From NCBI RefSeq assembly GCF_009914755.1, contig NC_060933.1: a DNA stretch of 64,000 nucleotides. One strand, written 5' to 3'. Source of the DNA: the human T2T-CHM13v2.0 reference genome, Homo sapiens. The notes below the pieces were generated by a model. That model made no database searches, was not told the origin of the DNA, and worked only from the letters and a program-made list of their open reading frames with translations. Below, piece by piece: positions 14,135 to 30,534 of this stretch. Positions within the stretch are counted from its first letter, which is position 1. The number at the start of each line of letters is the position of its first letter. The translations under genes were made by a program, and so were the position numbers.

Positions 14135-15639
14135 TGACAAAACTAGTACAAGTAATCTACAGATCTAGTCCAACTTGATCTCTAGGTATGTTCCAGATCC
14201 ATTAATTTAACCTGTCCATTTGAATGCAGTGGTATTATTTTTAATTTTTTCTAAAAGCAGTAGAACTATTTTTTTAAACAAAAATCTTATCTGCAATCCA
14301 ACATAGAAATCAAGAGGACATAGTATAAACTTTCAACAATCAGTAGAGAACACTTCATTGTTTGCAGAACTTCTAAAGGTCTCAAGGGAATCCTAGAATC
14401 CTGTAGAGCTCCCTGGCCAAGAATTCTGTAGAAATGGCAGGCCAAGAAGCCAAGGTCAGTTCTCAGTTGAGAACTTGAAGGCTTCAATTTAAAAGCCAAG
14501 TGCCTGAAGATGAGATATTGCCATTCTTCCTGGGAACCCATCAAACCTGGAGGATTTTTTTAAAAAACATTTAGCCCATTGCTGAATGGGAATCAAGGCA
14601 ATTCTGGATTATTTCTTCAGAAAAAATAAAGAACTTTAAGTTTTGTGTTTCCCTTTTCAGTCTTTTCACATCAACCAGTATCTTAACTGCAACATGCAAT
14701 GTTTACCCCCGTGCTATAGAGTGTCTGACAATGAAACATGATCACCATGGAGATCATGAGCTTCATTGTTCATTGTGTTGTGAGCACAACTGATAAGGCA
14801 GGAAAACTCATTTGTCTGCAGAATGACTTACTTTGTGAAGGATGCTCACTGAAGGAACCAGAAAAGTAAACCAACAATGGAAGAGGACCCATTCGCCTAG
14901 TTAGGGACTTCCAAGAAGTCTCTTCACAGTGCTGGGGCAACAGCAACACTTGGGTCCTTTAGGCTGCATTCACCAGCTTACCCAGAATATTTGAAAATAA
15001 GAGAAAAGAGAAAGAGCACACCGTTTCTCCTGGAGGATCCATACAGAGCTGATTTTTCCTTGTTCTATTGTTGAAAGCTCACATGGATGTGGAGAAAAAC
15101 TAGCAATATTATTTCTGTGCTATGCATTGAGTAGACATCAGACAAATAAAAGTCTTTCTGACTTTCAGTGTGGAGTGGTTTTGGATTCAAGATCCATGTG
15201 TTCCAGACTTTGACTCCAGTATAGATCCTCCTTTGCTAGGTGACCTTGAGTTGGTAACATGAGTTCCCTATATCTCAGTTTCCTGCTATGTAAAGTGAGG
15301 GTTCCTTTAGCTATCAAAAAAGTGACATGGGTAGGATAATACTGTTTCATCAAAGTCTTCCCAATTTGTTAGAGAAATACATAGCACTCAAAGTACTTAA
15401 TTCTCCCTAGTTGTGGGATGGGAGGCTTAAAATAGAAAAAGAGACTTAACTTCAATCTTGAGCCATAAATGCCAGTTTGATAATTGAATAAAGAGAATAA
15501 ATAACATTTTCAGACAAAAGGATCAGCATGTGTAGAGCGCATAGAGCTGAGAAACAAAAAAATCACAATAGATTCTAGGATCTATTGCAGTTGAGAAAGG
15601 TTGAAATGTGGGGAGCATGTGATGGATAGACAGAAGAAG

Positions 15640-16570
15640 GAGAGACGAGATCAGAGACTGTGTAAGCTTATTAAGCGTTTTGGTATTTATCTTGACAACC
15701 CTGATATATTGTTGAAGGTTTTTAAACAAGAAAATTAAATGGGCCCTTAGTCATGTTAGAAAAACCACTTTGGCAGTAATGTCAAACAGAGCTTGCAAAC
15801 TATGGCTTATGGGCCAAATCCATCCTGCTCTCGTTTTTGTAAATAAAATTTGATTAGAACACAGTCACACATTGATTTATATGTCTATGTCTGCTTTTGC
15901 ACCTTAGTGGCAGAGTTGCTTAGTTGCAACAGGGTCCCTGTGCCTGCAAAGTCTAAAGTAATTGCCATCTGGCTCTTTACAGATAAAGTTTGCCAACCTG
16001 GTGGAGAGGATGGATTAGAGGAAAGCAAAAGCTGAAGAGAGGTAGCTGTGTTACGAAGCCATCTCTAAACTATAAAAGCCATGGCAAGAGCTTGAATGAG
16101 GCAGGGGCAGAAAGAAAATCTCCAAAAGAAGTGGAATCAATAAGATTAATCTTATGTGACTAATCAGATGTGGAGGTGGAATGCAAAGAGGATTCAGTTT
16201 CTAGCTTGGGCAATGGGGCAACTGATGGTACCAGTTGCTGACATTGGGATGCCAAGAGGAAGAGCAGGTTTGGGGATGAAAAGGATGGCTCCAATTTGGA
16301 CAAGTATGATTGGGATATGCAAGCAGAGGTGGTAGATGGAAATGTGGGTCAGAAGCCCAGGAGAATGATCTGCTCAGGATGTGTAGATCTGGGAGTTGTC
16401 AGAATAGAGATGCACGAATTTCTCAGAAGCACGTGTAAAGTGAGTGAGGGGAGATAGTCAATGGTAGGATGCATAGAAATGTTTAGGGATGGACACAGGA
16501 AGGAGAACCTGAAAAGACAATGGTGAAAGAGGTCTCAGAAGGGAAGAGGAAAACTAAGAGAGTATTTTCT
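15640..16570 (-). mobile_element. L2 fragment interrupted by MER58A
   Basis: L2 purine-rich motifs (TTTCTAGCTTGGGCAA..., GATCTGGGAGTTGTCAG). Confidence 0.65.
15787..16000 (+). mobile_element. MER58A
   Basis: GCAAACTATGG...GGGCCAAATCC...TTTACAGATAAAGTTTGCCAACC. Confidence 0.85.
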
Positions 16571-16719
16571 GGGCAAATTATGTGAGACAAAGTGAAATTA
16601 ACCACCAATGTCCTATAAAGAGAATGCGGGGTAGGTAGTAATTTGGGGCAGGAGGAAGAAGGGGTGAAAGAAGAGTGATTTGAAGCAGCTGAAGACAAAC
16701 AAAATAAGGAAGAAATAGC

Positions 16720-18073
<1,354 letters not shown>

Positions 18074-20010
18074 AAGATATTGTATATTTGCTTGTTAGTC
18101 CCAAGAGGCTGAGCAAGTCTTCTGCTTTTTTGTACCCACAGCTATTAATACAACTGATTTGGTGACTTGGTTGAGGCAGTTCTGCACTGAAGGTTAAAGT
18201 GAATTTAAGGGTGACCTTGAAGCCAGAAGGCTGGCTTTTTGACTGTTCACCTTCTGGTGGTCGGGTTTTTAGATTTACTTTGCACTAATTGAGCAGATAT
18301 TTAATTTTTGCTGGAAGTCACCTGGGTATGGTGGCAAGACTCCTAATGAGGCAAGGTGGAAGAGAAGACATGGAGCAAGGTAGAAGAGAAGACACACTGA
18401 AACTGATCCCTAGGGTTCTAAAGCTGAAAGGCACCTCCAGGATCTCTTGGCCCAATCTGTCAAAGGGAACAGTGCTGGAATAATAGCCATACCTGGCTAT
18501 TATTGCTACATACTCTAATTGGCTTTTGGGCAATCACTTCAATTCCATCATGACTTCACAATCTGCAAAATGGCCCTCTTAGCCATTTTGGTGCAATGAT
18601 GTAAAATGATTGATAAATGTGTATGGCAAAGAATTAAAAAAAAACTTTAGGGCTCTAACCATATACATTCTCGTTATTGTGAATATTAGTATAGTTGGCT
18701 CTGTAGATGTGTGCATATATAATGTACTTGTTAAATGATTGAACATTCCTGTCCCTCAGTTTCTTCTTTATGAAATGAGACAATGCTAGTACCTACCTCA
18801 TAATGTTGCTGTGAGTTTCAAATGTATCTGCCTGTACTACCTGTACAGTTTTTAGACAAGTGCCTTACATGAAATAAGCATTCAGTCACTATTATTGAGG
18901 GCAAGGATTTTTCTCTCTTTGAGAAAACATTATACTCAATGTTTAGAGCTGACACATAGTGGGTGCTCAATAACTATGTGTGTAATGAATGAGAGATAAT
19001 TAAAAAAATAGCAATCTCCAATAAGCCCCTCTGCAAACTGTAGGCAATGCCCCTCTTTTTATTAGCAGAACTTAGTCTTGGGTCCCAGTGCCCATAAGGA
19101 TGGGAGACGTGAATTCTCAGGGAATGTCTGGGCAGATTTGTTCTGGTTCTGAAACCCTGTGCCCCTAAAACACTTCTCTCTCCCGTGTCAGGAGGCCAAC
19201 CCTTTGGAGCTGGAGAATGCAGACGTAGGCTCAGTGGCACAGCTCTCAGCTGAACTGGAGACTTACAAGTTTTGGCAAGTACCATGGAGCTTCATTGCTG
19301 CAGTGGCTGCTGTCCAAATAAAAGCTATCTGTGGTGACTGGCTCTTTCTGATCCTCCAGATGGACTGGGCAACCCCTCTAGTCGGGGAGCTCTGGGGCAG
19401 GTGGTGGAGTCTCCTCTAGTTCTGAGTTTGTGGCTCTAAGTCCCTTGTCTCAGCTGGTGGGAAGCATGTGCTGTGGGGTGTAGTGGCCCATCTCTCTCTA
19501 TTAGTTCCAAAGGCTTTGAGGGGCACCCTCTGCGATCCCTACCTCCCTAGATGATAAATAATCTCCACTGCAAACAGTCATCTGGGAAAAGTGGTTATGG
19601 TCGAGTGCAGATTCCTAAGGCTAATCATCATGCACAGCAGCCTCTAGATTCCAGCAAGGATAGCAATTCCTTCTCACCCAGGCAGCCAAGAAGTGGAAGA
19701 GTCTATTCCCTGTGCATTTATTGAAGGGTATGAAGAAAATAGCATGGACTTTGGAACCGTACTGACCTGGGTTTGAATTCCATCACTTATTAGTTGTGGC
19801 TTGTGTGCAAATCTTTCAACTTCTTTAAGTTGTGGTTTTCTCTATCTTCAAGATGAGGATAATAATATTTTCCTTGTGGGTCTATGTAAAGTTTAATGAT
19901 AGGACGTGTAGGGATTCCTAGCACAGAGCCTGGCATATAGGTGATACCTGACACAAGGCAGCTGCTATGACTTATATAAGCAAGTAAACAGATTTAGTTT
20001 AGTCTCAAGA

Positions 20011-20220
20011 ACAGGGTCAGCAAATACTTTCTCTAAAGGGCTACACAGTAAATATTTTAGGTTTTGTGGGGCCATATGGTTCTCTGTTGCAATCACTTCA
20101 CTCTGCTATGTCAAAGTAGCCATAGACCATACTTAAACCAATGGAGCATGGCTGTGCTATGATAAAACTTTATTTACAAAAGCAGGCTGCTAGCAGGGTT
20201 TGGCTCCTGGGTTATAATTT
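20011..20220 (-). mobile_element. MER58A
   Basis: CAGGGTCAGCAAA...GTAAATATTTTAGG...ATAAAACTTTATTTACAAAAGCAGGC. Confidence 0.8.
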
Positions 20221-20988
20221 TCTCACACAAGGAGTCCTGTAGTATCTACATACTCTAATTGCTAATAATGTTTTTCTGTTTTATTTTTATGGTGGTTATT
20301 GAATTCTTCTTTGTGCAATAGATGGCCTCGGCTCAGAAGCCTAGATTGTGTTTGTCCCTGGACTCAGGCATAACTTGGAAATTCTGTAGGGCCCATTTTG
20401 CGTATGAAACCAACATTTCAGATAACGAGGAACAAAAAGTGAAAGCACATTAAGTTGCTTCAAAGATGATAGGGGATGGGGAGAAGTGGCTTTGAATGCA
20501 GTGTTTTTGTTTCTGGAGAGTAGGGGCTGCATCCGACTCATCTGCAGGACCTGGTACAGAGTAGCCAGGCTTTTGTGAGTGAATTCTATAAATGGATCCT
20601 ACATAATTTCTTTCAGTCCTCCTACCATAGCTGTATGTCACCAAGGGTATGGGACTCTGCCTAATTAGATGGAAAGCTCCCATCTGAGTTAAAACAGAAA
20701 TGTCCATGACAAAATTGGGCAGCCACTTTGGGTTATGTTTGCAGTGTGCTTGCAAAGCCTCATGGGATTAAGGCTAACACTCAAGCAATAGCAGAAGGCA
20801 ATGTTTGTTGAAGAAGATGGTGGCAGATATTTTCCAAATATGGCCACACCAATGTGTGTGCTGTCCTACAAGTTCTTATTACAATGTGATATTAACACTC
20901 TTCCATCAAGAAATATGGTTTATGTTCCTTCCCTTGGACCTGGTGGAACTTTGTATACGCCTTGATCAATAGAATGTGGTAGAAGTGA

Positions 20989-21332
<344 letters not shown>

Positions 21333-21576
21333 AGGATGCTTGTTCTAAAAATTTATCCACCATGTTGTGATGAGTCTCAGTGCACATGGAGAAGCCATGT
21401 GGAGAAACCATTCTGACAGCCTCAGCTAAACCCAGGCAACAGTCAATATCAATGTGTGAGTGAATGAGTCTTCAGATAATTCCAGCCTCCAGCCTTTGAG
21501 TCTTCCAGTTGAGGCTTCAAACATGATGAGAAAGTGAGCATTGATTCCCATAGGCCTTGTCTGAATTTTCTATCCA

Positions 21577-21851
21577 TCTCCAACCTCTGGAGAGGAAAGG
21601 GGGGCTGAAGATTAATTTGATTACCAATGACCGATAGTTTAATCAGTCATGCCTACATATTGAAGCCTCCATAAAAACCCAAAAGGACAAGGTTTAAAGA
21701 GCTTCTTGATAGTCGAACATGCGGAAATGCCTGGAAGGTGGTGTGCCTGAGAAAGGCAGGAAAGCTCTGTGCCTCTTCTTTCGTACATCTCTTCATCTGT
21801 ATTCTCTGTAATATTCTTTATAATAAACTGGTAAATATATTTTTTAAAAAA
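21577..21851 (+). mobile_element. MER21 LTR internal fragment
   Basis: TTTAATCAGTCATGCCTAC...AAGCCTCCATAAAAACCCAAAAGGAC...GAGCTTC...CTTTATAATAAACTGGTAAA. Confidence 0.75.
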
Positions 21852-22039
21852 CAAATTCACAGTGAGATCACAAATAATGATTGCTTTTTGAAGCCACTAG
21901 GTTTGGAGTAATTTGTATCGTAGCATTAGATAGCTAATATTGGTTGCAAAGATGTCGCAACCCTGTTCTGCCCTGTCTGTCCTATTGTGTCTGGAGGACT
22001 TGATAGGACAATAATACTGCTACAAGGCAGCAGGCACCC

Positions 22040-23030
22040 TGAGTTCATTCATTCATTCCCTACTCTGCACCAGGCTCTGTGTTAAAGTCTGGGGAAACAT
22101 AGATGTATATGCTGCGCCAGCTCCTGCATTCAAAGAGGTTATCATCCACAGCGGAAGACAGACACTAACCAACTCATTAAATTTACAAACGGGTAAAGGC
22201 TTAAAGAAACTTGCAGACAGTACAGCAAAAGAACAGTGAGGGGACCATTATTTTTACGTGGAGGACTTTGGAAAGGCTCTACACTGAAGGTGACACTCGA
22301 CTGGGTTCTGCAGGAAGTGTAGCAGTTCACTGTGCAGCCGGGTGAGGAGCAGGAATTCTAGGCAGAGGAAACTGTGCATAAAAGTCTGCAGGTGGGAAGG
22401 CAAGTAGAGGGCTGGAGGAATATGGCGGATGGAAAGTAGAATTTGAAGAAGGACTCACAGGAAAAGAAGCAGGGAAAGTAGGATGAAGCCCTATTGTGTT
22501 GAGCCTTCCGTGGTTGTTCTAAGGAAGTTAACTTTCTTCTCTAAGCAACAAGGAGCCACTCAAGTATTTTGAGGAAGGGAGTGAGTGAGTTGCCTAGACT
22601 TGTATTTTGGATGGGCCGTTTTCCAGTCTGGAAGATAGGCAGGAAGGATTGAAGCCAAGGATTTCAGTTTGGAGTTTGTTATTTCCTTAGAGATCCTGGA
22701 AGGAGATCCTGAGACAGGCAAGTTGTCTGCAGCAATGAGGAGAAGATGGGTATGTAAGATGTTGCAGGGTGACCACTACCTGGGAGGAACCAGAAAAAGG
22801 GAGGTATTCCCCTCCCCTGGCCTGGGTGATGGGCTCAGGGTGGCGACACTAACAGACAGGAGCAGGGTGTGGGGAAGATGACGAGCTGTGAGGTTTGGAC
22901 TTTCAAGTGGAAACATCCTGTAAGCAGTCCATATGTGGGTCAGAGACCCCATGGAGAGATGTGGGATGGAGATAGAGCATTGGGAGTTGTCAGATTATAG
23001 GTATAATCGAAGCTGTGGGAGTGAATGAGG
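22040..23030 (-). mobile_element. L2 fragment
   Basis: TTCATTCATTC tail, then CAGGCTCTGTGTT...GGGGAAACATAG and downstream L2 motifs. Confidence 0.7.
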
Positions 23031-26000
23031 TTATTGAGGGCAAGCGTTTCTCAACTTGAAAACATGGGGCCTACACTCTTTGGCAAACATAATGCTGGGC
23101 CAGCTAAGATTCACTGCATCATCCATATGTCTCTACCACCAAGGAGGTGTTGCCAAGCTTTGCCCTCAGTGATTTGTATTAGAAACAATAGAAACATCTC
23201 TTTCCTTTGTTAAATATTAAGTTATAATATTGAACATGATGTTTTCAAAATGTATTTATCTTATTCCAAAGATTCTGATAGGGCTGGCATTTTGCTCTCC
23301 CTTTCCCTCCCTAATGCCTCTATGATTCCCTAGAATCTAACACAGAGCCTGGTGCAGAGTAGGGGATGAATGAATGAATCAATGAACAAACGAATGAATG
23401 AATGAATGAATGAAGAACTCAGTATGCTTTCTGACTTGTAGCAGTGTTATTGTCCTCTCAAGTTCTCTAGGACATAATAGGAACAGACAGTGCAGTACAG
23501 GGTTGCAAAACCTTTGCTTTCTCTCTCTAATGCTACAAAACAATTGGGGGAGAAAATATGGGAAATTAGAAGAGTTCAGGGGGTTGAGGCCTGTGCTACA
23601 CCAACTTATAAAGGAAGAGCTGAATAAAAGGACCCTGAAAAAAGAAATGGAGAGAGGAGGCGGGGCATAAGAGATGGGGAAAGGGAGGTGGAAAGAAATG
23701 GAGCAGGGCATCTGGGGAGGAGAGAGTTTCTTTTGGGAGGTTTACTGTCCCAGGTACTAAGATAAGGACCAAGGTGAGGCCATTAGTGAATGGATGGGAA
23801 GGTTATAGGTGCACACGTCTCCCACAGACACAGACGTGACTGCACATTGGTGCAGGCTGGGTCAGGGTGGAGGTGGCTTCCTTCCCTCAAGGGGATCTTG
23901 ACTGCATGACTTGATGCTGCCACACACCAGTTATTTCACAATTTGTGTAGCTGATTTTGTGAACTTTGGAAAGTTCTGCGACATTTCTGCCAGTTAAAAT
24001 TATTCTGTCTTTGGGAAGTCGGGGAGGTGGGTGGCCCCGGTACTGTGCCATTTGTCCAGAGCCAGTTCAGACAAACACAGTGGAGGCAGAGAGTTGGGGA
24101 GTGAGAGGAAGATGGAGGAGCAGGGAGGATGTGGATGGACTGTTCTCTCCTTGGCTGGCTGAGGGCATAGCTACTGTTTCTCGCAGGAAAGTCAGCTCTG
24201 CTCTGACAAACAGAAAGCGCGTGGTGTCTGGCCCCATGTCTCTTTGTGATTCCAGTCAACACACATAAGGAGCATGTCTCCATGGCTGGATTTACTTGCA
24301 TTTCACCTCCATGGGAATTTTTTCAGAAAACAAAACCAAACCCAAAACTCTGCCTGTTTTGCACGTATGTGTTTTGGTAATTTTTTTTCAGTGAGGATGT
24401 TAAATCAACGCCAAAAGAGTCATTAAAATCAAACATGCAGTTACCTTCTGTACCCTTTCAGTATCCGGGAACAATTAAGCTTAAGCAAACAAAATTGCCT
24501 ATGGCCTAAAAATGGAAAATAAATCCCTCTAGCTTGCCTAAACCCCTGAGACTTTGGATGGACTAACCAACCCTTTTGTGCTCATCTGACCTTATGGCAC
24601 AGGTCTCTAGATTTTGTTTGCCTGTGGTTTTTTTGTTTTGTTTTGTTTTAATTTTTTTTTTAATCCTACACATGAACAGTTGCAACCATTTCCAAGATTG
24701 TCATGGGTAGTCAATAAGCACATTTGTTTTTCGAGAGGGATGTATTTTGATGAAGAGCAGAAAGTATGATGGGGAAAATGTCAGAAGGAATTAAATCAAG
24801 GAGTGACATAACTCCCAGGGGGAGACAGACGTCAGCTGTATTCCCCGTTTCTTGCTCTACCTTGGAAATCTTTCAGAATTCATTGGAAAATAAATATGTA
24901 TGTGATGGAGAAGTGAGTGAATTCAATAGCTACAATAAGAGAGAGGGAATGAAATGAAAACACACCCTTGGTTGGATTACTAAACTGATTTAAATTCATA
25001 ATTCACAGCGGTATGTAAAGCATTGTTTTTCATTGCGTCTGCCTCTTTGCAGGATTGAAAAGAAGGTAATTTGGAGTTCATTATTTCTGACTTGGAACAC
25101 AGTATTCTGTATAGTAGGCTCTCAATAACAATTTGTCAAACATTAAGTGCAAAAATGAGTGACAATGGATGAGTAAATAGCAAATGTGTCTAGCTATAGG
25201 CAGGAGAAATTATGTCAGGGTCAGAGGAACTTGTTGGGTTATATAAGATTAAATTGTTGTGAATTAAAAACAAAACAGAAAACTTTGTACTCCTATGCTG
25301 ATCATTATGTGGGCAGGTTCACACCCATTATTGTATTAAATTCTCTGAACAACACTGTGAAGTAAATATTATTATCTCTAATTTATAGTTAAGGAAACTA
25401 GAGCTTAGGGAGATTAAGCAGTTGCCCAAAGTAGCATATTTAAGAAGTGGCAAACATGACAATCAGACCTGGGTCTTCTTACTCTTAACTAAGCCTTCCT
25501 TTCATCCATTATGATAAGACAATGGAAGGTTGGAGATATGTATATTTAATGCAGCCTCCAGGGATACTGCATGTTTCAGAAAATTTATCAATAGAATTTC
25601 ATTTTATATTTCCAAGCTCTAATGTGAAAAGAAAGAAGGATTCTCATCTGTTTGGATAGTTTAAATGGAGTTTTGTTTGAAGCTGTGAGACTGGTGAGGT
25701 TTTTGGTTATTGATTTTATACACTTGAGTTTTCCTGAAATTTGGGTACTTATATTTAAAAATTAAATTTTACTTTGCAATATTCACAAACTTAAAGAAGA
25801 GTTGCAAGTACAATTCAAAGAAATTTTTTTCCTTTTAAGATATTTGGAAATAAGTTACCAGTCTGATGGCTTAGGATCCCTGAATACTTAGTGAGTATTT
25901 CCTACAAGCAAGGATATTCTCCTATATAACCATAACGCAACCATCAAAATCAGGAAGTTAACATCTATACAATATGATTATTTAATTCTCAAACCCCATT

Positions 26001-27029
26001 CAAGTTTCACCAACAGCCTCATAACGTTTTTTCAGTCCTGAAAGACTCCTGCTTAGAATCATTGTGCTTAGTTGTCATGTCTCTTCAGTCTCCTGTAGCA
26101 TGAAACAGTTTCTCAGTCTTTGACTATTTTCATGACCTTGACACTTTGGAAGATCATGAGCAGCTATTTTGTAGAACACCTCACAGTGTGAGTTTATCCG
26201 ATGTGTCTTCATGATACTTTTCCAGTTATGCATCTTGGGCAGGGATAGTGCAGAAGCGGCACTGTTCTCGTTGCCTCCCATCGCAGGGTGTGGAATCCCA
26301 GTTCGTCCCATTACTGATGATGCTCACTACACTCACTTCCTAAGGTGACATCTGCCGGGCTTATCCACTGGAAAGTTACACTCTTTTTCCCCGTTGTGAT
26401 TTTGTAGGGAGGTAATTTTGAAATAATGCAGACTGTTCTCCACCACACTTTCACTTTTGAAGTTGTTTGTCAGCATGGACTTGTGGTTTCCTATTTTGTC
26501 CGTGAGTTATAATCCATTGCGATCATGATCTATTTTGATGTTTAAAGTGTGCCAGATTCAGCCAGTGGGAGTCCTTCCAATCCGGCCTCTGTGTCCTTTT
26601 GACATGTCCCCATCATTCTGTGAGTCCCTCCTCATTCTCTGGCACAAGATGCTCCAGGCTCATCTTGTTCTTTCCCTGCCCTACTCTTGGAATCAGCCAT
26701 TTCTCCAAGGAACCCTGGTTCCTTTTAGTTCAAAATGTTATTTGAAAGCTAAGATTTGGGTGCTAGATGTGCTCATTGCTTTCAGGGTGTTGCTGTTCTC
26801 AGGTCCTTGGTGTGGACAGAGTCAGCAAATAAACAACACACACACACACGCACACACACAGAGGCTTACATTTATATCTATAGTTCTTTCTATACTTTCT
26901 TTCTACATATGTACTGAAAATAGTAAGTTCACACACGTAGTTCCAATTCCAGACTAACACCATACAATTCATTCTAGTTTTCTCCTTTTCCATATTTATA
27001 ACTCCCTTGTCCCACTGTGTAAAACCTAG

Positions 27030-27350
<321 letters not shown>

Positions 27351-27504
27351 ATATTTATGAGTTGATTCCCCTGAAGGTAACCTATCTTCCCTTTCTGCCA
27401 CTACCCCCATCTGCACGCAAGTCGTCTTCCCCTATCTCAGGCTCTGACACCCATCCCCACACATGTATGTTTGCCTCACCTTTCTTAGGCTTTAACTTCC
27501 TCTC

Positions 27505-27644
27505 TTTTATTTATTTATTTTTTTTATACAGATAGGATCTCACTATGATGCCAAGCCTGATCTTGAACTCCTGGCCTCAAGTGATCCTCCCGCCTCAGCC
27601 TCTTACCACACTGAGATTACAAGCATGAGCCACCAGGCCTGGCC
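27505..27644 (-). mobile_element. FLAM/Alu monomer
   Basis: GAACTCCTGGCCTCAAGTGATCCTCCCGCCTCAGCC. Confidence 0.85.
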
Positions 27645-28099
27645 AACTCCCTCTCTTTGGGCCATTCCTCCCTCATATGGACATCTTTCTCACCCTGCTT
27701 AGGCACTGACACCCCACCCCAGAATGTGCCCTATACAAACTCCCTCCTGACCCTGCTAGAAACATAGCACCATGTGCCAGGTGTCCCCTCTGTAGGCTCA
27801 GGCTCTGACACCCTGCTGTTAACCACCATGGCTTTTCCATGCCAAACATAGACATGGCTTTGTCCTAACTAATAGTTTAGGACTGAATTTTTCAGAAAGA
27901 AAAGGGAAGAAAAAGGAAAGGAAGGAAAGAGGAAGAGGATAGAGAAGGAGAAAAAAGCAAGTGCTTACCATTTCAGTTAAAAAATAAGGCAATTTGTCAA
28001 TCATATCTCAATAAAGCTGATGAATTAAAAATCATCTTTTATCTCCTAGGAGCTTTTATCCAGGCTAAAAGAATATTTTTTAAAGGAGAATATATTTAG

Positions 28100-28420
28100 G
28101 GCTGGGTGTGGTGTGGCCCACACCTGTAATTCCAGCACTTTGGGAGGCTGAGGCAAGAGAATTTCTTGAGGCTAGGAGTTCGAGACCAGCCTGGGCAACA
28201 TAGTGAGATCCTGTCTGTACAAAAATTAAAAAAAATTAGCCAGGCATTGTGGCATGCCCCTTTAGTCCCAGCTACTTGGGAGGCTAAGGCAGGAGGATTG
28301 CTTGAGCCCAGGAGGTCAAGGTTACCATGAGCCATGATCTCACCAGTCCCCTCCAGCTTGAGTGACAGAGTGAAACCCTGTCTCAAAAAGAGAAATAAAA
28401 ATAAATAAATAAGTAAAAAA
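28100..28420 (+). mobile_element. AluJ
   Basis: TSD GAGAATATATTT. Confidence 0.93.
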
Positions 28421-28469
28421 GAGAATATATTTTGTGAATGAAGCAGGCAATAATCAGAACCAATCTTGA

Positions 28470-28987
28470 CTGTATGGATATCTTTGATTAGAACCAGGCA
28501 TCTTTTGCCACCAGCTTGTATGGTCCTTTCTTTACCACAGAGCCTGCAAGGCAAATAACTACATTTCTCAGATTTCCTTGCAGTTGGAGTTTTGGAAGCA
28601 AATTAGATTCCACCAATGAGATGAACTCCCAGGAGCCTTGGAAGTTGGAAGTGAGATGGAAGCCATGGTCCTGTTGTCATTGCTGCTGGCAAGTGAGGTT
28701 ATAAACATATGCGTGTCTGTGGACTGACACAAATTTATGGCGTGTCATGCAGTCACTGGCTTTTTGAGTGTGAGAGGCATCAGTGGTTTAAGTCAGTAGC
28801 AGCAGCAGCAACGGTGTTCTGATCTCTGATCTTGGCTTTGGAGGTGTGCACTGAACCAGCAGTCCTCTAGAATGGGTCCTCTAACCTTCCAAGGATTATA
28901 TAAACACCTCATTTTCTGTATTAAATGTCCTTTGTTTAAAATACTGAGAGGGGCTTCTGCTTCCTGCGCTGATTCCTAACTGCTACC
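28470..28987 (+). mobile_element. LTR33-family (ERVL) solo LTR
   Basis: AACTACATTTCTCAGATTTCCTTGCAGTTGG...CCAATGAGATG...GGAAGTGAGATGGAAGCC...ATTAAA. Confidence 0.7.
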
Positions 28988-29439
28988 CTGATTGTATATA
29001 AAGGAGGATTAGATAATAGGCAATGGATATTAACTTCTGGAAGGGTGTCACCGCATTTTATTTACATTAGAACTTGTTTTGTACTTATTATGGGTAATGT
29101 GCTTAACTAGATGCAAAGATATTAATAACAGCATCAAACACACACATCCTGGTCTCAAGGAATTTTCAGACTAGAAGAAGGAAGTAGAGTAAAAAAAAAC
29201 AATAAGCAATTAGGTCTAAAATAAGACAGATGAAGATAAGTGTTGTAAATGAGATATAAATAGAACATTCCTCACATGTCACTGAGTAAGGTCTAAACTC
29301 CATTCCATGGCATTAAAGGTCTCCCAGCTAGTCCACCTCTTCAGCATCATTTGTTGCTACTCATCCCTGGGTCAATCACACCTGATGTCCAGCCATACGA
29401 AGCTCCTTGCCATATCTTACATTCCACTTTCCCTTTTAG

Positions 29440-29892
<453 letters not shown>

Positions 29893-30534
29893 TCTCCTTT
29901 CTTTAAAATTGTTGCTTGCTGGTCCTTTTAGAGAATGTGGCTTCTGAAAGGAGAAATTATACTATTAAAAGCCACTCCCCCTTTTTCCCAGGGGACTGCT
30001 TTATTGTTGTAAAGTAGTTAAATAAAGCAAAACTTTCAAAGACTGATCCTTTATTTAAAAATATTATATATATATGCACAGACTCATATATGCACACATT
30101 ATCATATATGTAATTCTAATTCCTGATAGTTTCTGCCTACACATGGGGTTTTTCCCTTGGGGCCCAAGTTCTCAATGAACTGCCAGAGCAACTGTCAAGA
30201 TGAGCTTTGGACACACATAGAAGGAATTGTGCAGCAGCATATCTTTTTGTAAAGATGGATCCCTTTCTGTATTCTAAATTAATTCATATATTGTATACTC
30301 CTGCCACTTATTTGGGGTCATGGGGGTGCTTAGCATTGCCAATGTTATTATGACACATTCGTGGAATGCTGTATGTTTGAAAAATAGTTTACAATGGTTT
30401 GTTAATAAGCATAAGCTGAGAACATTTCAGGAATGGTTGATTCACTTTGTAAAGCACTGGCAGCAACATATAATATTTATGGGATTGCAAAATCTCATTA
30501 AATGAACAAATTTCCATTTTTCCTACTTGGATTC

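Noticed and set aside
27390-27840. Degenerate CTCAGGCTCTGACACCC repeats
   Set aside because: Best explained as the internally repetitive 3' region of the surrounding L1MC-type element, as I recall its consensus.
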